Positions 57,932 to 64,000 of a stretch of DNA of 64,000 bases are shown piece after piece. The stretch is from positions 96,001-160,000 of the forward strand of contig CAVRQT010000003.1 of assembly GCA_963723515.1 (NCBI GenBank), in the 5' to 3' direction. Position numbers and translations under genes: made by a program. The notes beneath the pieces are model-generated. The model searched no databases and was not told the DNA's origin. It saw nothing but the letters and a program-made list of their open reading frames with translations. Within the stretch, counting starts at the first letter, position 1. The number at the start of each line of letters is the position of its first letter. The stretch comes from Vulcanimicrobiota bacterium. Lineage in GTDB: Bacteria; Vulcanimicrobiota; Vulcanimicrobiia; Vulcanimicrobiales; Vulcanimicrobiaceae.

Positions 57932-59311
57932 TTGCGGAGCTTTCAGGAAGTGTTGCGAGGCGCCGGTGCATTGACCGCAACGGCGATCCTTGCCTTTGGA
58001 CTCTTCATTGCCGTAAACAGCACGCTCGCGACGCGCGCAACGATCCGTGCAGCATTCGACCGCGAGCGCCAGATTCAAAGCGCGCAGCTTGCGCTTTCCC
58101 AACTCTTGAAGTTGCAACTTGATGAAGAGACATCTGTGCGTGGTTATACGATCACACGCGAACCGGTCTTCCTCGACCCCTATTACTCCGCGAGCGTTCA
58201 ATTTCCACCGCTCGACCACGCCGTAGGCAGCGTTTTGAGGCAAGAGCACATGGATGAAGCGAGGGCGGCGCTCACGGAATTCGATCAGACACACGATGAG
58301 TGGCATCGGTTGGTCGCTGAGCCACTGATCGCCCATCCGAGCACTGCGTTCGCCGTCGACTTGGCGAAGCGTGGTAAGGCGCTCATCGACGCCGAACGCA
58401 ACGATGCCGCCGACATGCAGATGCTGCTCACGCAGCGCGACGATCTGCTCCGGCGCGAAACCCAAGATGAAATCAACCGTACAGGTTACTCCCGTGCCGG
58501 CTGGCTCGTCGCCTTCGGTTTGATTGCACTCCTTTTCAACGCCTACCAATCCCGGTTGACGCGAGAGCTCGAGCAAGAACGTACGACAACGGAGATCCTG
58601 CAGCGCGCATTCCAAAGCGAATTTGAACCGATCCCGCATGCGGATGTCGGCAGCGCCTACATTTCAGCCACGCGGCATGTTGCCGTTGGGGGCGATGTCT
58701 TTGATTTGTATCGCATGAGCGACCGGTTGGCGCTGATGTTGATTGCCGACGTCAGCGGAAAAGGCGTGGATGCGGCCGTCATCACTGCGTTCATTAAATT
58801 CACAATTCGCGGGATCGCGCTGCGGCGGCATGATCCGGCCGACATTCTCGCTGAATTCAACACCGCGTTCCAGCAAGCGGTCGCGAATCCCGATCTCTTC
58901 GTTTCAATGCTGGTAGGCGTGCTGGACGTTGAGAATCGCACGCTCACCTATGCAAGCGGCGGCCATGATTCCGCCTATTTGAGACGCGCAAAGGGTGCGG
59001 TGGAATCGTTGCCGGTGACGGGACCGATTCTCGGAGTGATGGAGCAGCCGTTTGCAAACCGGGTCGTGCAGCTCGAGCCGGGCGACGTGCTGCTGCTGGC
59101 GACCGATGGCTTGACCGAATCGCGCGACCGGCAAGGACAGCAGTTGAATGAAAGCGGCGTCCTCTCTTGGTTAGCGCAGGCAGATGGCGGCCCGCAGCAG
59201 ATAGTCGATCGATTCATTGCGCGCGTACGCAAACGTACCAGCAATCGGTTGAGCGATGATCTCGCGATGCTGGCAATTCGTATGAACGGTGATGGGGCTT
59301 CTGTTGCTTAA
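57932..59311 (+). CDS. Membrane PP2C/SpoIIE (RsbU-like) phosphatase with CHASE3-like sensor
   Basis: TM, DEETSVRGY.IT.EPVFLDPY, TM, VGGDVFD, IADVSGKG, GGH, TDGLTE, SDDLA. Confidence 0.9.
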   Translation: MRSFQEVLRGAGALTATAILAFGLFIAVNSTLATRATIRAAFDRERQIQSAQLALSQLLKLQLDEETSVRGYTITREPVFLDPYYSASVQFPPLDHAVGSVLRQEHMDEARAALTEFDQTHDEWHRLVAEPLIAHPSTAFAVDLAKRGKALIDAERNDAADMQMLLTQRDDLLRRETQDEINRTGYSRAGWLVAFGLIALLFNAYQSRLTRELEQERTTTEILQRAFQSEFEPIPHADVGSAYISATRHVAVGGDVFDLYRMSDRLALMLIADVSGKGVDAAVITAFIKFTIRGIALRRHDPADILAEFNTAFQQAVANPDLFVSMLVGVLDVENRTLTYASGGHDSAYLRRAKGAVESLPVTGPILGVMEQPFANRVVQLEPGDVLLLATDGLTESRDRQGQQLNESGVLSWLAQADGGPQQIVDRFIARVRKRTSNRLSDDLAMLAIRMNGDGASVA

Positions 59312-59708
59312 GCGCTCCGTCTTATTCTTGACGATCGTGGTGCTTTTGCCGATCGCCTCGCAGGCGGATTGTTCCAATATGCCGGGTAGCCAAATCGCGT
59401 TGTTTTCGAGCAATTACGACCCGGATGTCCTCGTTTGGGACACGCGTCGCCGTCTCTTGAGCTACGCAAGCGACTCGTATCGCCTTGCCAAGCTCCTACT
59501 GCCGCATGCGATCCTTGCGCGCGCCGGTACGCTGGCGGTCGTGACGTTGTGTCAACGCAACGCGATTCGTCAAAAATTTCACACGTCGCCGAGCGACGTC
59601 GTCAACGTGCGCATGACAAACGGCGAATATCGCGGCCGCTCCGGGTGGGTGATGGTGGACGACGTTCACGTCATTGGTGATCGCGCGACGCACCGGCGTC
59701 ATCCTTAG
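59292..59708 (+). CDS. Secreted hypothetical protein
   Basis: Signal peptide; C-terminal G.YRGRSGWV reminiscent of SH3-like domains. Confidence 0.6.
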   Translation: MGLLLLKRSVLFLTIVVLLPIASQADCSNMPGSQIALFSSNYDPDVLVWDTRRRLLSYASDSYRLAKLLLPHAILARAGTLAVVTLCQRNAIRQKFHTSPSDVVNVRMTNGEYRGRSGWVMVDDVHVIGDRATHRRHP

Positions 59709-59744
59709 TAGGGCTATCCGGACTGCGGCGGGTATAGCGGCGAT

Positions 59745-60602
59745 ATGGTCGTTGCAACGCGAGAGAAGCTCACCGGCCTGGAATTGCACGCGAATTCCGT
59801 GCGTCAAAACATCATTCGTTCGCTGCTTTCCGCCGGTTCCGGTCACTCCGCCGGACCGCTCGACATGGCCGACATCTTCACGGCGCTCTATTTTGAAATA
59901 TTGCGACACGATCCGAAAAATCCGCAATGGGAAGATCGCGATCGTTTGCTGCTCTCCTGCGGTCACATCGCGCCGGTTCGTTATGCCGCGATGGCCGAAG
60001 CCGGTTACTTTCCAACCGAAGAGCTGCTCACGCTCCGAAAATTTGGGACACGGCTTCAAGGGCACCCCGAGCGCGTGCGATTGCCGGCCGTTGAGACGAC
60101 CTCAGGTCCGCTGGGCGAAGGGCTCGCACAGGGAACCGGCATGGCCGTCGCCGCCAAGCTGGACCAGAAGAGCTGGCGCGTGTACGTCGTTACATCGGAT
60201 GCCGAGCACCAATGCGGACTGCATTGGGAAGCGGTCATGACGGCGGGCAAGTTCCGGCTCGATAATCTCATGAACATCATCGACCGCAACTTCATTCAGA
60301 TCGACGGCAATACGGAGGCCGTCATGCCGCTGGAGCCGCTCGCGGACAAATACCGCAGCTTCAATTGGGAAGTCTTTGAATGCGACGGTAACGACATCGC
60401 CGAGTTCTTAGCGACCGTCGAGCGCGCGCAGAAGATCAAAGATCGTCCGAGCGTCATCATCGCGCACACGATCCCCGGCAAAGGCGTCTCGTACATGGAA
60501 GGCGATTACACGTGGCACGGTAAGCCGCCGAATAAGGAGCAGGCCGACCAAGCATTGCGCGAATTGCAAGCCGAGCGCGAGCGGATCATCGCGCGTGGCT
60601 AA
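59745..60602 (+). CDS. Transketolase, N-terminal (TPP-binding) subunit
   Basis: GSGH, DRDR..LSCGH, LQGHP, SGPLGEG, DAE...G..WEA, DGND, WHGK. Confidence 0.92.
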   Translation: MVVATREKLTGLELHANSVRQNIIRSLLSAGSGHSAGPLDMADIFTALYFEILRHDPKNPQWEDRDRLLLSCGHIAPVRYAAMAEAGYFPTEELLTLRKFGTRLQGHPERVRLPAVETTSGPLGEGLAQGTGMAVAAKLDQKSWRVYVVTSDAEHQCGLHWEAVMTAGKFRLDNLMNIIDRNFIQIDGNTEAVMPLEPLADKYRSFNWEVFECDGNDIAEFLATVERAQKIKDRPSVIIAHTIPGKGVSYMEGDYTWHGKPPNKEQADQALRELQAERERIIARG

Positions 60603-61598
60603 GACGATCGATGCTGCCGCGACGATGCAGCTCGTCAACTACCTGAGAATGCGGAGATCAAGCAAGTCCCGACGCGTAACGGCTTCGGCGAAGGATTGAT
60701 CGAAGCCGGAAAAAGCGATCGCAATGTGATTGGCATTTGCGCCGATCTCTCGGAATCGACGCGCATGGAAGGCTTCAAAAAGGCCTTGCCGGAGCAGTAC
60801 ATCGAGATCGGTGTCTCGGAGCAGTTGCTCGTCGCGATGGCGGCGGGTCTCGCGAGTACCGGAAAAATTCCCTTCATCGCAAGCTACGCGATGTTCAATC
60901 CCGGGCGTTCCTGGGAGCAAGTTCGCACGACAATGGCGCTCAACGAGACGAACGTCAAGATTGCCGGTGCACACGCCGGCGTCTCGGTCGGACCGGACGG
61001 TGCGACGCACCAAGCGATCGAGGATATCGCAATCATGCGCGTGATTCCAAACATGACGGTCGTCGTGCCGTGCGATTCGGCGCAAACGAAGAAAGCGACG
61101 CTCGCAGTCGCCGAGCGTTGGGGACCGACGTATTTGCGGTTCGGCCGTGAAAAATCGGCGGTCATTACGACCGAAGCAACACCGTTTGAAATCGGCAAGG
61201 CGCAGGTCTTCCGCGAAGGCAACGACGTCGCGATCGTCGCCTGCGGCATTCTCGTCTACAATGCACTGATTGCCGCCCATCAACTCCAACAGGAAGACGG
61301 CGTCGACTGCACGGTCGTCAACAACCATACGGTCAAACCGATGGACGATCCGTTGATCTTGGAGGTTGCGCGGCGTTGCCATACCGTCGTCACCGTCGAA
61401 GAGCATCAGCAGGCGGCCGGAATGGGCTCGCGCGTGGCAGAGCTTTTGGCGCGCGAACATCCGGTGCCGATCGAGTTTGTCGGCGTGGCCGATGCGTTCG
61501 GGCAATCGGGCGACCCGATGGAATTGATCGAGTATTACGGCATGGGGACCAACTCAATCAAAGAGGCGGTTCGCCGCGCCTACGCGCGCCGGCACTAA
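60595..61598 (+). CDS. Transketolase, C-terminal subunit, frameshifted near 60645
   Basis: GTG 60595 (MAKTIDAAATMQLVNY) then PTRNGFGE, ADLSESTR, GVSEQ, GPDGATHQ, TVEEH. Confidence 0.9.
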
Positions 61599-61602
61599 CA
61601 CA

Positions 61603-62559
61603 ATCACAGCGCTCCGCAGCCTCGCGGTCGTAACGCTCGCCGTTATACTGTTGGCTGCCGCGCCGGCGTGGCATGAAGAAAACGCTTCCGTCGTTGTGCC
61701 GGGCGGAATGCTTTCGGGCACGTTGACGATTCCCTCAGGCAACGGACCGTTTCCGGTTGCGCTTGTCATTGCCGGTTCCGGCCCGACGGATCGTGATGGA
61801 AATGGACCTTTGGCGCGTACCGACGCGTACAAATTGTTAGCCCACGAACTCGCCAATCGCGGGATCGCGACGCTGCGTTACGACAAACGCACCGTCGGGA
61901 CGAAGCGTTATGCCGGGCATTCATGAAGCGGACCTGCGTTTCGATATGTTCGTTGATGACGCGCTTGCCTGGCTGGCGTTTCTGCGGCACGACCCGCGGT
62001 TCAAGACGATATCGATCGTCGGGCACAGCGAAGGCTCGTTGATCGGCATGTTGGCCGCGCAACGCGACGGCAATGTCGATTCCTTCGTTTCGCTTGAGGG
62101 CGCGTGGCCGCAACGCGGCCGATGTGCTGGTCGAACAGGCGCGCGAAGGAGGTGACGCGAGCGTCGTTGCGACGGTGCAGCAGATCACGAGCGATTTGCG
62201 CGCCGGCAAAACCGTTAGCAACGTCGATCCGTCGCTTTATCTGTCATATCGGCCGAGCGTTCAGCCCTATCTCATCTCTTGGTTCCGATACGATCCGGCG
62301 ACCGAAATCGCCAAGCTCCATTTGCCGGTTTTGATCGTCCAAGGCACAACCGATTTTCAGGTCGGTCGTCGATCGATGCGCAGCGCTTGAAAGCAGCCGA
62401 TCCGGCGGCGAAGTTAGCCTCATTAACGGGATGAATCACATTTTGCGCACTGCCCCCGCCGACCGAACAGCAAACATTGCGACCTATAATCAGCCGTCAC
62501 TGCCGCTCGAACCCGAACTCGTTGACGCGGTTGCGGGCTTTATCACCAATCCGCGTTAG
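61603..62559 (+). CDS. Secreted alpha/beta hydrolase, several frameshifts; apparent ATC start
   Basis: IAGSGPTDRDGN, LRYDKR, VGHSEGS, PYLISWFRYDP, QGTTD.QV, MNHIL across three frames. Confidence 0.8.
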
Positions 62560-63324
62560 GCTTCGGAAAGACTCGCACCGAGCCGTCCGCTAAGCGGATC
62601 GATTCCATCGGCAAACCGTAGGCCCGTCTTCGAGGACGTGCGTCTCAGTGAAATCGCGCGTCGTTGCCGTCGAGAGCACACTGCCCTCGCCTAATACGAC
62701 GATCCGGTCCGCAAACTCGAGCGCTTCGTTGAGCTCATGAAGGACGCAGACAATCGATCTTCCTGACGCCCGCTGTTCGCGCAAGAGCGCAAGAATATCG
62801 CGTGCGACATGGACGTCCAAATGATTCGTCGGCTCATCCAGCAGCATGACCTGCGGCTCTTGCGCTAACGCGAGCGCAATCCAGCAGCGTTGGCGTTCGC
62901 CGCTGGAGAGCGTCACGAAGAGCCGATGTGAGAAATCGCGCAAGCGGACGGCCTCCAATGCCGCCTCGATTGCGCGCGAATCTTCCGGCGTCTCGCGCCA
63001 ATTGAACCACGCATGATGCGCGTAGCGGCCATTGGCGACGACGTCGCGGACGTTGAGCATCTCCAGCATCAGTTCATCGCTTGCGACATAGGAGATGGCA
63101 CGGGCGCGTTCGGTCGCGGAATAATCGGCTATTGTTCGGCCACCGATCTCAACGACGCCGCTGTAGTCGCGATGCAATCCGCAGAGCGTGCGCAGGAGCG
63201 TCGTCTTTCCGACGCCGTTTCGTCCTAGAATGGCGACGAACTCGCCATCGTCCACCGTAAGATTGAGATGCTTGAGTAACGTCCGCGCTGCGATGCGAAT
63301 TTCCAAGTCGCCGACGACGATCAT
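62543..63324 (-). CDS. FecE/BtuD-type ABC ATPase, frameshifted near 62625
   Basis: GRNGVGKTT, LSSGERQR, LLDEPTNHLD, VLHELN; shifted frame AYGLPME...TGA 62543. Confidence 0.88.
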
Positions 63325-64000
63325 ACTTGCACGAGCGCGCTGTCGCGAAAGTAAAGGTAGAGAAACGCCGGCACGCCGATGCACGCCAAGAGAACGCTCA
63401 GCGGAATTTCGATGGGAGCGAACAGCGAACGACTTGCAGCGTCCGCAAGCGTCATGAAGGCCGAGCCACAGAGCGCGCTGAGCGGCAAGACAACCCGCAT
63501 ATCGGATCCGCCGATGCGCCGCGCAATATGCGGCACGATGAGTCCAACGAAGCCGACGATGCCGCTGAGCGCGACGGCGCTTGCCGTTAAGAGCGCGGCG
63601 GACCCGAGGGTGATCCATTGCGCCCGATCGACCTTCACGCCAAGCGCGGCTGCGCGCATGTCGCCGAGGCGCAGAACGTTGAGCGCCGGCACTGCGATCG
63701 TCGCGCCGACCGTGCCGACAACCAAGTATGGCACCGTCCACTGTAGATCGTGCCACGTTCTTCCTGCTAGGGAGCCGGCGAGCCACGAGATGATCGTCTC
63801 GGCGTAGCCGCCTTGTTGAAGGCGCGTGAGCACGAGCGCGACGATTGCCGAAAAGAGCGCCGACAACGAAACACCGGCCAAGATCAAGCGGTTCGCGTCC
63901 AGACCACTGCCGCGACGCGCCAGCGTTGCAACAAGAATCGCCGCGCCCAGACCCGCGCAGAAGCCGAACGCCGGAACGAATGGCGCCGCGATGCCTGAGG
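63321..64000 (-). CDS. FecCD/BtuC-family iron-chelate/cobalamin ABC permease (5' truncated)
   Basis: LILAGV, WLAGSL, LG...A.ALGV, GIVGFVGLIVPH, G.P.FLYL. Confidence 0.9.
   Translation of the reverse strand, partial: SGIAAPFVPAFGFCAGLGAAILVATLARRGSGLDANRLILAGVSLSALFSAIVALVLTRLQQGGYAETIISWLAGSLAGRTWHDLQWTVPYLVVGTVGATIAVPALNVLRLGDMRAAALGVKVDRAQWITLGSAALLTASAVALSGIVGFVGLIVPHIARRIGGSDMRVVLPLSALCGSAFMTLADAASRSLFAPIEIPLSVLLACIGVPAFLYLYFRDSALVQV

Overview
Densely packed, GC-rich bacterial core-chromosome segment with about 62 protein genes. No rRNA, tRNA, CRISPR array or transposase was seen. Gene style and content resemble soil Ca. Eremiobacterota/Vulcanimicrobiota, but that is an unverified inference. 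At least 13 genes carry apparent indel frameshifts, consistent with an unpolished long-read assembly, and these create false fusions (asparaginase-MetH; alpha/beta hydrolase-secreted protein). Content: cell-wall enzymes (PBP1C, DacB, class A beta-lactamase-like), MsrA/B, many DNA-repair genes (AlkB-like, AlkA, GIY-YIG, DprA, Lhr+MPE, ATP ligase+MBL exonuclease), pterin synthesis (FolK fused to an MptA-type GTP cyclohydrolase), HemL, sulfur amino-acid genes (CysK, MetH), sugar genes (ManA, NagA, PMM, split transketolase) and transporters. Most notable: (1) a PaaX-regulated aromatic-CoA catabolic cluster with a short stand-alone BoxB-type di-iron epoxidase and no reductase in the window; (2) a photoactive-yellow-protein homolog with Trp at the chromophore Cys position; (3) several operon-internal genes that seem to lack a canonical start codon (ATA, ACG, ATC), including three ORFs in one frame separated only by stop codons; (4) a 24-bp REP-like repeat lodged at or inside gene ends; (5) a 166-bp fully palindromic MITE-like element beside a protamine/histone-H1-like gene; (6) the FolK-MptA fusion.
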